Positions 1 through 10,840 of a stretch of DNA of 40,000 nucleotides are shown here, in pieces. The DNA is from an uncultured Alphaproteobacteria bacterium. Lineage in GTDB: Bacteria; Pseudomonadota; Alphaproteobacteria; Rhizobiales; Rhodomicrobiaceae. A program made the translations under genes and the position numbers. Numbering within the stretch: position 1 is the stretch's first letter; each line of letters opens with the position of its first letter. The stretch lies in assembly GCA_963798805.1 (NCBI GenBank), contig CAWCVC010000004.1, positions 1-40,000 on the forward strand, read 5' to 3'. Under the pieces are notes generated by a model. That model searched no databases and was not told the origin of the DNA. It saw only the letters and a program-made list of their open reading frames with translations.

Positions 1-3000
1 GCGGCGCCCGTTGTACGGAAGGCTGGGGCGGGTACACTTTCTCCCGCACCGGAGGCGATTGAGCTGGCCTATGAGCCTGTACAGTGGAAGCCGGCCGAAG
101 GCGCCGATCTGAGCGATGCCATATATGAGGGCTACACGGTTCAATCCGTCCACATTCCAGGCGCTGCTCCGCACCCCACCAAGCTGGTGCAATCGGCGGC
201 TATGGCGTCCGTTGCGCCGCCGCATCCATCTTACCGGCCGCATGTGCCGCCACACATTATCCATGACGGCATCCTGTCGGGCGCCCAGCTCGAAAGTGTC
301 ATCTATGCCGGGGAAGCGCATGCCGGGCACCTGGCGGGAGCGTGGATCGTCGATGAGACCGGCGACAATCTCCATGCCGCCCCTGATGGCGTGGAAGATG
401 CCGTGCGTTTCCGCCGGGGCTGGTTTCTGGGCGATGGCACGGGCTGCGGCAAGGGCCGGCAAGTTGCGGGCGTGATCCTGGACAATTGGATCAAGGGGCG
501 TCGCAAGTCGCTGTGGATTTCCAAATCCGACAAGCTGATCGAGGACGCCCGCCGCGATTGGTCTGCTCTGGGCGGCGAGCCTCTGCTGATCCAGCCGCTT
601 TCGCGCTTCAAGAGCGGAGCACCGGTGCGTCTGCTGGAAGGGATTTTGTTTTGCACCTACGCCACATTGCGCAATGAGCCGCGCTTGAAACAGATTATCG
701 ACTGGCTCGGCTATGCCCCCGGCGCGGAGACCGGGACAGCTTTTGACGGTGTGATCGTCTTCGACGAAGCCCATGCCATGGCCAACGCCGCCGGCGGCAA
801 AAGCGAGCGCGGTGAACAGCTTGCCTCCCAGCAAGGGCGGGCAGGACTACGCCTGCAACGAGCGCTGCCGGATGCCCGTATCGTCTATGTGTCGGCGACG
901 GGAGCCACCGATGTCCGCAATCTCGCTTATGCCGAGCGGCTGGGATTATGGGGTGGGGCGGATTTCCCCTTCGCCAACCGGGCCGAGTTCATCGAGGCTG
1001 TTGAAGCCGGTGGAGTTGCCGCCATGGAGATCCTCGCGCGTGACATGAAATCCCTCGGCCTCTACACGGCACGGTCCCTCTCCTATGACGGCGTTGAGAT
1101 CGAAATTGTCGAGCACGCGCTGACCGCGGCGCAGATTGAGATTTACGACGCTTATGCGCAAGGCTTTCAGGTCATTCACCAGAACCTCAAGGCGGCGCTG
1201 AAAGCCGCAGGGATAACCGGCGAAAGCCGGACGCTGAACGGCCAGGCCAAATCCGCAGCGCTATCGGTGTTTGAGTCCTCGAAGCAGCGTTTCTTTGCCG
1301 CGATGCTGACGGGAATGAAGGTTGCGACGCTGATCAAATCCATCGAGAGGGACTTGGCGGCCGGGCATGCCGCCATCGTGCAGATCGTCTCCACCGGCGA
1401 GGCCATTCTCGACCGCCGCCTTTCCGAGATCCCGGCCGCGGAATGGGCGGATCTGAATGTCGACCTGTCTCCAAGGGACATCGTTCTCACCTATCTGCAG
1501 CATGCCTTCCCGACGCAGCTTTATGAGCCCTATACGGATGAAGACGGCAATCTGCGCTCACGCCCGGCTCATGATGAAGCAGGCAATCCGATTGAGTGCC
1601 GGGACGCCGTCGCGGCCCGCGACCGGATGATCGAGCAGCTTGCCTCGCTTGCTCCCGTGCCGGGCGCGCTCGACCAGGTCATCCAGCATTTCGGCACCGA
1701 GGCCGTGGCTGAGGTGACGGGCCGCTCGCGGCGCATTGTGCGTAAGGCAGACCGACTTTGTGTCGAAAACCGTGCCGAGTCGGCCAATCTGGCGGAAACC
1801 AGCGCCTTCATGGACGACGAGAAGAAGATCCTCGTCTTCTCCGATGCCGGCGGCACGGGACGTAGCTACCATGCCGATCGCGGAGCAAAGAACCAGCGGC
1901 TGCGTGTCCATTACCTGCTCGAAGCCGGCTGGAAGGCCGATAGCGCCATTCAGGGCCTCGGCCGCTCGAACAGAACGAACCAGGCGCAGCCGCCCTTGTT
2001 CCGGCCCATCACCACGGATGTAAAGGCGGAGAAACGCTTCCTGTCCACCATTGCCCGCCGCCTCGACACGCTGGGCGCGATCACCCGCGGCCAGCGCCAG
2101 ACCGGCGGCCAGGGCCTGTTCCGCGCCGAAGACAATCTCGAAGGCGATCAGGCGCGCGCGGCGCTTCGGCAATTTTACATGCTGCTCGCCCAAGGCGGCA
2201 TCGAGGATTGCCAGCTAGCGCGTTTCGAGGAGATGACCGGCCTTTCGCTCACCTTCGAGGGTACGCTGAGGGAGGACCTGCCGCCCATTACCACCTTCCT
2301 CAATCGCCTGCTGGCGCTGCCGATTGCCATGCAGAATACCCTGTTCTCGGCTTTCGAGGACATCCTCAATGCCCGCATCGAGGCGGCCATCGCCGCGGGC
2401 GTTCATGATATTGGGCTGGAGACGATCCGCGCCGAGAGCCTTGTCGTAACCAGCCGCCGCACCGTCTGGCAGCATGGTAGCGGGGCAGAAACGCGGCTAT
2501 TCACCATCGAGCGCAAGGATCGCAACCGGCCGATGAGTGTGGATGATGCGCTTGCTCATCGACAAGGGCCGCCCGCTGATCAATGAGCGTTCAGGACGCG
2601 CGGCCATCAAAACCACCGCTCCCAGCATGATGCTGGATGATGGCAGCATGGAGCGCCGTGTGCGGCTCATCCGTCCCATGCAGCGCGATACCATGAGTGT
2701 GGAGGATTTCGCCACGACCCACTGGAAGGAGGCGGATGAAGCCGAGTTCCGCGCCGCCTGGGACAAGGAGGTTGTTGCAATCCCTGAGCACTCCACCAGC
2801 ACTTTTCATCTGGTTACGGGGCTGCTGCTGCCGATCTGGCGGCGCCTGCCCCAAGCCAAGTCCCAGGTCTATCGCCTGCAGACCGATGACGGCGAGCGCA
2901 TCATCGGCCGGTTGCTGGGCCAGGTGGAGATGGAAGCCTTCTGCCGGAATATCGGCATGGACGCGCCGAAACTCTCCGCCGAAGATGCCTGGGCTCTCAT

Positions 3001-3254
3001 CCATGACGGAAAGGCTACAGCGCATCTCGCCGACGGTCTGGTACTCCGCCGCGTGCGCGTCATGAACGAGAACCGCGATGGAGCTGACCGGCTTCACCTC
3101 CGGCATGGTCGAGGCCCTGAAGGCCCGCGGCCTGTTCGGCGAAATCATCTCCTGGAAACTGCGCTTGTTCGTGCCCGTCGGCGAAGCCGGCAAGACCATC
3201 TTCGAGGCACTCATCGACCGCTGGCCCCTCACTGAACTCGCGGATCGGGGATGA
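1..3254 (+). pseudogene. Strawberry-notch (Sno)-type ICE helicase; 5' end outside window; two frameshifts
   Basis: Frame 1 is open from base 1 into ORF 187..2586. Motifs: LVQSAAMASVAPP, GWFLGDGTGCGKGRQVAGVILDNW (Sno-type P-loop), VIVFDEAHAMANA (DEAH-like), FSDAGGTGRSYHAD and GLGRSNRTNQ (helicase C). The frame breaks near 2551-2560 and resumes in ORF 2537..3235 as LIDKGRPLINERSGRAAIK. It breaks again near 3074-3080 and resumes in frame 3 as MELTGFTSGMVEALKARGLFGEIISWKLRLFVPVGE up to TGA 3252-3254. Confidence 0.8.
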
Positions 3255-3257
3255 CAG

Positions 3258-4242
3258 ATGTCTTGCGCCTCCGATCTCGCGCGCGGTCTCGGCGCACATG
3301 CCGAGGCCGTGTGCCGCCATTACCTGCCGAGCGGCCGCCGCGAGGGGCGATATTGGATCTGCGGCGACGTCATGGGAACGCCTGGCCGCAGCCTCTATGT
3401 CCGTCTGTTTGGCCCACGTGCCGGAAAATGGACCGATGCTGCAGATGGAACCCATGGCGACCTTCTCGATCTCATCGCCCTCAATCGCGGCCTCGATTTC
3501 CGCGCCGCGCTCGACGAGGCAAGGGCATTCCTCAGCCTGCCAATGCCGCCGATCCGCCATGCGGAACCGCCTGCCAGAGCGTGGTTCATCGGAAGCGGCA
3601 AGACGTCTGTTCGCCGCATCGAAGCCCGTTCGCGGCACACTGGCGGAAAGCTGGTTCCGCCAACGCGGCATTCTGCTGCCTGCGGACGCATCCGCCTTGC
3701 GCTTCCACCCGCGATGCTTCTATCGCGGGCCGGTGGGACGCGAAACATGGCCCGCGCTCATTGCCGCGGTGACCTCCCCTAGCGGCGCCATTACCGGCGT
3801 GCATCGCACCTGGCTGCATCCGGATGGCGGCAAGGCGCCGGTCGATCAGCCCCGCCGCGCGCTCGGCGCTCTCGCCGGCAACGCGGTGCGGTTCGGCAGC
3901 GCCTCGGATGTGCTGACGGCTGCGGAAGGGATCGAAACCGCCCTGGCGCTCAAAATGGTCATGCCGAAGATGCCAGTTGCCGCTGCGCTGTCCTCCGCCC
4001 ACCTCGCCGCCCTGGTCATGCCATCGTCACTCCGCCGCCTCTATGTCGCCGTCGACAATGATGCGGCCGGGGCCTTCGCGCTGGAACGGCTGCGGTCCAG
4101 ATGTGCACGGATCGAGATCCGCCCGCTCGCGCCGAGGACGGAGGATTTCAATGCCGATCTTCTGGCCCTCGGCCCGCCCCGCTTACGCGCATGGCTCGCC
4201 GGGCAGCTTGCGCCAGGCGACGCCGAACGCCTTGCGTCTTGA
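3258..4242 (+). pseudogene. DUF7146/Toprim-domain ICE protein; one frameshift
   Basis: The N-terminus MSCASDLARGLGAHAEAVCRHYLPSGRREGRYWICGDV...GKWTDAADGTHGDLLDLI (ORF 3258..) is typical of this ICE family. The sense frame switches near 3570-3585 into ORF 3298..4242: SSEAARRLFAASKPVRGTLAESWFRQRGI...AAEGIETALAL...VAVDNDAAG (Toprim-like acidic motifs). Confidence 0.75.
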
Positions 4243-4513
4243 GACGGCGTCGCGGCGGGGTGGGGCGCGACCGCAAGAAGGCAGGCTTATAGGCGGCATC
4301 CCCCAAGACCATGGCCTGCCCCGGTTCGGGAGGCCGCGCCCGTCGCGGCCTTTCCAAAAGGGGTATCTGCCGGAGGCCAGGCCGGGCTGCAACGGCTGCG
4401 CCGTCCTCCACTGACGTTCCGGCCCGTCGGGTGCAACCCGGCCTTCAAGCCTCCGGCGGGCAATCCCCGGAAAGGCCGCGGGCGGCCGCGGCTTTGAAAC
4501 CGGAGACAAGACC

Positions 4514-5482
4514 ATGATCCTTGATGACTATTCCGGCCAAGCCTGTCCCCTTCTCGAGGCGGCCGATGAGCCCCAACACACCGCCTCGCCAACCGCCCTT
4601 CTCCTCGATGAACTGGCGTTGTTCGGTTATCGTCCGCACGCCGATGAGCCGGATCCCCGGCCGCTGCCGACCGCAGATCAGGCAAGCCAGGAGATCGGAA
4701 ACGCCTTTGAAGCCCTTTCCACCCTCATGGCCGACACGCGGCTCGAAGATGATCTCGACGATCTGCTCTGGAGCCTCGTCAACATCTTCCACCGCAAGAT
4801 TGCCAGTCTCGACCGCTTGCTCGACGACAATGAACAGGCGCAGCGCCGGAAGCAGAATGAACAGGACGGCTCGGAGGTGAAATCCGCCGAGCTGGAACGC
4901 CTGACGGCGCTTGGCATCTCCATCACCGAGCGCCGCAACGCATTCGAAGCCTTCCGCGAGATCGGCGCATCATGGTTCGAGAGCCATACCTGCTCCGCCT
5001 GGCGGCCGCGTAGCGGCTCGATGACGAACCGCAAGACGCTCACCGCCGCCATGATCGACAGCCGCGACTATATCGCCGCCAAGCGCAAGGCAGACATCGA
5101 ACCGCTGATGCCCGCCGGTCCCAGGATCGCCTTCACCGGCGGCATCGACTGCAACGACCATGCCCGCATCTGGGACGCCCTCGACAAGGCGCACGCCAAG
5201 CATCCGGGCATGGTGCTGATCCACGGCGGATCGCCTAAAGGCGCCGAAAAGATCGCCTCCCTGTGGGCGGGCAATCGCAAAGTCCCACAGATCGTGTTCA
5301 AGCCGGACTGGTCCCGGCATCGGAACGCCGCGCCCTTCAAGCGCAACGACGCCATGCTGGACACTCTCCCCATCGGCGTCATCGCCTTTCCGGGTTCCGG
5401 CATCTCGCAGAACCTCGCCGACAAGGCCCGCAAGATGGGCATCAAGGTGTGGCGGTTCGCCAATGGCGAGGGCGGCGCGTAA
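4514..5482 (+). CDS. DUF2493-domain protein (conserved ICE backbone gene)
   Basis: Intact 322-aa ORF with GGAGAC upstream of the ATG. The C-terminal block IAFTGGIDCNDHARIWDALDKAHAKHPGMVLIHGGSPKGAEKIASLWA...PFKRNDAML is as in DUF2493 proteins. It follows the sno and toprim genes, as in alphaproteobacterial ICEs. Confidence 0.8.
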   Translation: MILDDYSGQACPLLEAADEPQHTASPTALLLDELALFGYRPHADEPDPRPLPTADQASQEIGNAFEALSTLMADTRLEDDLDDLLWSLVNIFHRKIASLDRLLDDNEQAQRRKQNEQDGSEVKSAELERLTALGISITERRNAFEAFREIGASWFESHTCSAWRPRSGSMTNRKTLTAAMIDSRDYIAAKRKADIEPLMPAGPRIAFTGGIDCNDHARIWDALDKAHAKHPGMVLIHGGSPKGAEKIASLWAGNRKVPQIVFKPDWSRHRNAAPFKRNDAMLDTLPIGVIAFPGSGISQNLADKARKMGIKVWRFANGEGGA

Positions 5483-6421
5483 TGCGCCGCTTATTGCAAA
5501 CGTTGCGCTCGTCATTTGAAACGGGCTTCTCTTATGTCCATTCCAGGCGAGGCAACGTTTCGCCAACAATTCGGCGAGTACCGGTATCTCCGACAGGTCA
5601 TGTCCGAACTTATCACTTTTGCCATGAAGCGCTCGGCTTCGGCCTTCGTTGAACAGTTTTTCCACGACCCACTCAAGCGTATGCCCATCCCGATGAAATC
5701 GAACCTGTTTCGCTGGGCGGTGCGGCGGCGATTTGAAGGCCACTGCTTCTGTTCTGACAGGCTTTCGGGAGCGGGAAACCGGATGCGGATGGCTCCCAGG
5801 CTTGGATAGCGCGTGGCCGTCTGATCGCGTCTTCCTGCATGTTTCGGGCCGGTGCATCTGAGCCGGGGCAGGGGCCGAGCGCGGATTGAGATTCACGCGC
5901 CACGGCGCTTTTTGGCCGCGCTGCGATCCACGCCGGTTTCCACGGCCGCGCTCGTGCGGGCTGAGACGTGCGCCGGGGCATTTCCCAGTCGCTCCGGTCA
6001 CGGGAGAGACGATCCGGCTGGCGGTTTTCGGGATTGGGTGAAGCTCCCGGCAAAGCCGTTATTGCAGCGGCGAAAGGCGGGGCGGGAATAGCCTTCAGTC
6101 TCCTTTTTGCCGGCGTTCATCGCGGCAGCACCACCCCTTGCTTGTCTTTCATCGCGTAAATCCCGCGCCGGTTCGTTCAACCGGCTTGGCCGGAAAAATT
6201 TCCCCTGGCCAGCGCAAAGTGCTCCACTTGCGTTCCGCCCCTTCGGGTGACGGCGGAGCCGTCAACTTTTCGCGGCCATTCCTCGCGGTACAAATTTTCC
6301 CTTCAAGCCGGTCCTTCGCTGATGCTGCGGCCCTTCAGGTGAACGCCCCGCCTATGCGGTCTTTTCGCTGGAGACATCGCAGGGATGGTCCCTGGCGAGG
6401 AACTCACGAAGGAGACTTATC

Positions 6422-6760
6422 ATGGCTATCACCCTCGGCGCATTCACCACGCAGAAAGACGGCAGCTTCACCGGCGTCCTCAAAACCCTTAACGCCAACG
6501 CCAATCTCACCATCGTCCCCGTGACGAAGAACAGCGAAAATGCGCCCGACTATCGCGTCTATGCCGGCAACGGCTCTCGATATGAAGTCGGCGCCGGGTG
6601 GTCGCAGGTCGCCAAGTCAAGCGGCGAGACTTACCTCAATCTCAAGATCGGAGCGCCCGAATTCGGTCCGGTCTGGGTGCGCGCCCGGCTCGTGAAGCTG
6701 GAGACGCCGACCGAAGACGGCGCGACGCATCTGGCCTTGTGGGAGCCGCGCGACCGCTGA
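6422..6760 (+). CDS. DUF736-domain protein
   Basis: 112-aa ORF with RBS GAAGGAG 7 nt upstream. The sequence MAITLGAFTTQKDGSFTGVLKTLNANANLTIVPV...APDYRVYAGN..EVGAGW is the characteristic DUF736 pattern. Confidence 0.85.
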   Translation: MAITLGAFTTQKDGSFTGVLKTLNANANLTIVPVTKNSENAPDYRVYAGNGSRYEVGAGWSQVAKSSGETYLNLKIGAPEFGPVWVRARLVKLETPTEDGATHLALWEPRDR

Positions 6761-6774
6761 ATTTTTGCCCTTCC

Positions 6775-6807
6775 GAAGCCCCGTCAGATCCGCACTGGCG
6801 GGGCTTC
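6775..6807 (+). terminator. Stem-loop 15 nt downstream of the DUF736 stop
   Basis: GAAGCCCCG (6775-6783) pairs with CGGGGCTTC (6799-6807), giving a 9-bp stem and 15-nt loop. There is no clean T-tract, so this is only a candidate. Confidence 0.3.
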
Positions 6808-7082
6808 AATCCGTATGTTTGCCGCGTGGAACCGCCGCATTTCAAGCGGTGTCGCCTGACGGCGACGGCACTTTCCGTCTCGGATTGTTGATGATGCCAC
6901 CCGGCGCAACGCGAGCCTCAAGGCTGCGCGGTTCCCCCAATTTTTCGGCTCCGTTGGAGCCAAAAAATCGGCACCCCCGCGCCCCGCTCACGCGGCGCTT
7001 CGCGGCCTTGACCCTCGCTAACCGGATGACCGGGGAACCTATTCTCGACGAAGAGAACAGCTCAATCAGAGGAGTTTTCCCC

Positions 7083-7271
7083 ATGTCAAATCGTATCGAA
7101 TATCGCGGCCATTTGTACGCTGAGGACGAACTGCGCGAGAGCATCTGGCTCGTGAATATCGAGTTGCGCGCAGGCCTGCCAAAGCGCGAGCGCATCGAGG
7201 CGCAGCAGCAAATCGTTGAGATGGAATCACGTCTCCGGGCGCTGCTGAGCGCGGAGACGGCGGGGCGCTGA
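7083..7271 (+). CDS. Small hypothetical protein (62 aa)
   Basis: An internal ATG of ORF 6765..7271 is preceded by GAGGAG. The stop codon lies inside a canonical intrinsic terminator. I did not recognise a family. Confidence 0.45.
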   Translation: MSNRIEYRGHLYAEDELRESIWLVNIELRAGLPKRERIEAQQQIVEMESRLRALLSAETAGR

Positions 7272-7284
7272 GCCCCGCTTTTAT
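7260..7284 (+). terminator. Rho-independent terminator
   Basis: GCGGGGC (7260-7266), loop GCTGA, GCCCCGC (7272-7278), followed by TTTTAT. It overlaps the TGA at 7269-7271. Confidence 0.6.
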
Positions 7285-7917
7285 CCGCAATTTTTCGAGC
7301 CGAACACCGGCTTCCCGTTCCGCATTTTCGAAGGCGGATCGTTTTCGACGCTGCCGCTTTTCGACCCTGAGCAAGTGCACCGCTGACCTCCATGCTTTGG
7401 CCATTCCTCACGATCTGCTGAGAAGAAACCAAAGGATGACAGATCATGACACAGGGGCGGAAGCGGCACGCAAGGGCTGTAATCCGATCCGTAATGTTAA
7501 GCACTGTCGGTCCCCAGTCTGACTTTCCGAAACGGGTGGGGGAGCGGCTGTCGTGGCTGAAAGGCGTATTTCTCTCAACGCCTCGTTGCGGGAATTCACC
7601 ATCGCGGCTGCTTCTTGCCCATCTTTGCCCGTCGCCTGTCCGCGGTGGTGACGGAGAGACTGCGGTGAAACTCTCTGTCCCGAAAGATGGGGGCAAAACT
7701 CAGTAACCAAAAAAGTCTGTCGACATGGGAGCTAGCCTTATTGACTCTGTTTGGCCCAGGCTCCATCAAGTTCGCAAAGGCAAATTAACAATCATGTTGC
7801 GCAACCGCAGCAACTTCCAGTTTTTACGGCCCATTTCGCCAATGGTTTGGCACAGCCAAGCCGATGAGGGTTATGGCCGTTCCCAGTATTAACACGTAGA
7901 ATTATGAGTCTTGACCA

Positions 7918-8913
7918 ATGAGAATTACCACCGAGCAAGCCTTCTTTATCGTCTCGAACCATTCCAGCGAGCTTGCAGTTGATCTTCCGAATGAGATCGC
8001 GCAAAGCTTAATTCGCGCATTTCGTGATGATAGAATAAAGAATGCCGGTCCCTTCGGACAGAAATTTCTCCGAAGCTCGTATACCTCTAGCGGCGATCGT
8101 ACCATTCTGTTTCAAAATGAGAGAGCTACTCTTTCAGAACTGCTTCAACCAAAATTTCGAGACTTGCATTTGGGCCTTCATCCGGCCCATGATTGGTTAC
8201 AGCTTGCGCAACGTCACCGCGATATTGTCAAAGATGAATTTTTGTTGATTTAGCTAAGAGACCTCTCTTGCAGCACCCGTTTAATTGTTGAAGATTTGTC
8301 TGACCAACATCAATATCTTATATTCCGTGTGCTTCGCGCACTGGCTCCAGCGTTACTCGCATTCAGCGCATCCTCGCCGCTTTGGCGGCATGTGGATACC
8401 CATTTTGCAAGCTATCGGGCAATTTTGCTTAGGCAGCGGCCTTTTAGCGGGACTTATCCTATCGAAATACTTGATGCGGAAAATCAATATAAATCCGCTC
8501 CGGAATTTCAAAGCGGATATTGGGATGTCCACTTTAAGCCTTTAACCGGTCGAATCGAAGCAATAGTATGCGATGCTTTTGTTTACGAAGAATTGCTTGT
8601 GATGGTTATCAATCTGCTTAAGAGGCTTTTCGAAAAGTGTATTACGGACCCAGCTTGGATCTTTAGGACATTGCCCGAGGGAACACCGTGGATTGAATAC
8701 AACCGGTGGGAAGCCGCCAAAAGTGGTCTTAGAGGCCAGTTCTGGACACACAAGGGCACGATTTCCGCATTTGAGCTTTTGAAAGAGTTAAGTGCCGAAC
8801 TCTTTACAAATGAAGGCAGCCTGTTGCAGGAGTTCAATAAAGCGCTTGGACATCAATATAGATGGTCGAGTAAAACTCTTGTTGATGAGGGTTTTCCTTT
8901 AATAAGGTTTTGA
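7918..8913 (+). pseudogene. GCS2/YbdK-like carboxylate-amine ligase interrupted by an in-frame TAG
   Basis: ORFs 7918..8253 and 8296..8913 share one frame and are separated only by TAG 8251-8253; codons 8254-8295 are open. ALAPALLAFSASSPLWRHVDTHFASYR and YWDVHFKPLTGRIEAIVCDA match the YbdK blocks SAASPY..G.DT.FAS.R and HWDIRP....GTVEVRV.D. The gene lies in AT-rich DNA. Confidence 0.65.
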
Positions 8914-9132
8914 AACAATTGCGCACTCCTTTGCACGGTGACACGATATAGCTGATCTTGATGGCCGGAACCGCTTTGGCGGCAACCTTTATCTTAACTC
9001 TCAGGAACGATTGAAAAAAGCCCATTCTTTTTCATGAGCGAAGATATGTCGTCGATAAAATCTTTTCGAAGCAGATTCCTACGTTGCATTGGCGAGAAGA
9101 TAGTTACGTCTGGATGAACTGCTTGCTGGATA

Positions 9133-9645
9133 TTAAGAGACAGCTGCTCGCAGCGTCGGCTCGGTCTTATCTCGCCATATATCAACATCTTTGAGGATCA
9201 TGTAGCACAGTAGTGCAGTGGTATGAGCCAGCGCTTTACTGCGTGGCTCTGCCAGGGCTTGGTCATCGAGTGCATTGGGGCGCACTTCATCGGCAAATAT
9301 CGACAATATTTCTGGCCCTCGCTCGCCAAGTCCGTATTTGGACAGCGCATAATACAGTCTCGCCTCCACGTTTTTTGTTGAGGCTGATTCATAAACTTTT
9401 ATTGAATCTTGCAATATACGCTCAGCCTGTGTGATATCACCATCTTTATGGTATTTTTTTGCGATGCAATACAAAAAATTCCCTTGTGTAATAACAATCT
9501 TATCCAAAATTGTCTGATCAATTTTTGACGACTCGGCATTCTTGGCCAACTCCGCGACATCATCAATCAGTGAGTTTGCACTTTCTCCATTATATAGTCG
9601 ACTCTCCAGAACAAGTCTCCTGAATTCGAATTTCCTCTCGTCTAG
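9133..9645 (-). pseudogene. 5'-truncated TPR-like ORF (fragment)
   Basis: This is the AT-rich part of ORF 9133..9759. It has repeat-helix-like sequence (GNFLYCIAKKYHKDGDITQAERILQDSIKVYE..EARLYYALSKYG). There is no ATG in the AT-rich part until near the C-terminus. The listed start lies in GC-rich DNA antisense to the brxL fragment, so it is probably fortuitous. Confidence 0.3.
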
Positions 9646-10227
9646 TACGATTGGCTCCAGGCGATCGAAACCGATCCGCTGCCGCCCGGGCAGGTCTGGG
9701 CGATTGCCACAGGCTTGGCCGACGGTGGAGCCGGTCTCTATCGCATCGAGGTCTCGCATCAGCCCGGCTCGGGAATTCGCATCCTTAACCAGCCGGCGCC
9801 GGCGCCATTCCGCGAGAGCGTCAAGGTCGGCGAACAGATTTTGTTCTCACATGCACGCAACGTTGTCGGCGACCGCGATCCGCGAGCACAGGAATTCACC
9901 ATCCAGCTCCGGGCGATCGACGCGGACAAGTCTGGCGGTGGCCTCGGCGTGGCGGTGCTCGTTGCCCTCTGCGGATCGCTGCTTGGCCGGAACAGCCGCG
10001 GCGGAACCATCGTCGTTGGCTCGGCAAGCCTCGGCGGCTCAATCGAATTAATCCCGAACGCGGTTCAAATCGCTGAGCTGGCCATTGAGAAGCAAGCGCA
10101 GACGCTGTTGATGCCGGTGTCAGCTCGCCGGCAGCTCAGTGATTTGCCCGACGAACTTTGGACCAAGATTAGCATCGAGTTCTACCGGGACCCCGCCGAT
10201 GCCACTCTTAAGGCGTTAGTTGAATAG
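9646..10227 (+). pseudogene. brxL: BrxL-like (BREX Lon-type protease) C-terminal fragment; 5'-truncated
   Basis: The frame is open from the TAG at 9643-9645. PGQVWAIATGLADGGAGLYRIEV...DKSGGGLGVAVLVALCGSLL...VVGSASLGGSIELIPNAVQIAELAIEKQAQTLLMPVSARRQLSDLPDELWTKISIEFYRDPADATLKAL is a Lon proteolytic-domain pattern with the BrxL-type C-terminal tail. Only about 190 codons remain of a family that is normally about 680 aa. Confidence 0.6.
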
Positions 10228-10714
10228 TGGAGTGAGGGCAATTGCGATCAGGCAACGCTTGTCAACCTCCGGTTCGAGCCCAATAATGATCTGACCCGCG
10301 CAGCGGATGCAGATCGCGCATGGCCAAATATAAACGTAGTCGAACTCCGACAGCAGGAATAGGCCAACTGCGCTCGGTATTTGAATGGCCGGTACTGCTA
10401 TGACACGGGTCAATGCCAGAGATGCTGCCTAGCGCCCCTTCGGGGCAACATGAGCCGCAGCGAACTCAAGGCCGGAATGGCCGCAACGGGCCAGTTTTGC
10501 TCGCTCGACGAGCTGTCTGCCAATGGCCTGTTTGCCCTTGAGGAAGTCACTCGCTATACCGAAGCAGCGAACCGGGCGCGGCTCGCGAATAGTGCGATCG
10601 CTGCATTGTCTGGGCAGGATAGAGCGGGTGAGACCGCAACATAAAATGGCAAGCTCATCGAATTGGCCTGCCAAGCGTTCATGTAAACCATTGAAAAAAA
10701 GAACATTATGGGAC

Positions 10715-10736
10715 TGGCGGATGGAGGGGATTCGAA
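10715..10736 (-). other. tRNA 3'-end-like 22-mer (candidate att-site remnant)
   Basis: The minus strand reads TTCGAATCCCCTCCATCCGCCA: a T-loop consensus, half a T-stem, an acceptor strand and CCA. No complementary 5' T-stem or D-arm lies upstream. The T-loop-to-CCA distance is 1 nt shorter than canonical. The site is about 105 bp beyond the 3' end of the integrase at 10841..12055. Confidence 0.3.
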
Positions 10737-10840
10737 TTCAATGGACTGCGCGCTATAGAACAAGTGTTGCCCATATAGGCTGAAAACTCCTCACCATCCC
10801 AAACAACGCTTGAGAAATCTGCAGGCGGTGTTTGTCTTGG

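Noticed and set aside
3251-3772. Alternative-frame ORFs across the toprim gene (3251..3772, 3060..3671 -, 3395..3748 -).
   Set aside because: These are frame shadows of the DUF7146/Toprim coding sequence. Only the two frames carrying family motifs were used.
4970-6001. Long - strand ORF (343 aa), plus many similar antisense ORFs such as 1558..2193, 13905..14492, 35244..36050, 35656..36156 and 31121..31777.
   Set aside because: They lie antisense to better-supported genes, are Arg/Pro/Ala/Gly-rich as expected for shadow ORFs in high-GC DNA, and have no motifs I recognise.
5483-6421. A gap of about 940 bp between DUF2493 and DUF736 containing ORFs 5516..5809 (+), 5673..6053 (-) and 5852..6091 (+).
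   Set aside because: No RBS, motif or family resemblance that I can defend. It may be decayed or regulatory DNA, so it is left unannotated.
7272-7710. Short ORFs (7446..7706 +, 7444..7710 -, 7066..7404 -) after the terminator at 7260-7284.
   Set aside because: They overlap one another on both strands and have no recognisable domains or start signals. This is probably a non-coding junction between the ICE remnant and the AT-rich block.
10450-10644. Small ORF MSRSELKAGMAATGQFCSLDELSANGLFALEEV... between the brxL fragment and the att-like 22-mer.
   Set aside because: No convincing SD and no family recognised. It could be real but is unsupported.
10715-10800. Possible complete 85-nt class-II tRNA on the - strand (GGATGG...CCATCCGCCA).
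   Set aside because: Only the 3' 22 nt look tRNA-like. There is no D-arm (GCCGAG-type), no paired T-stem 5' strand and no anticodon arm. I kept only the 22-mer as an att-like remnant.
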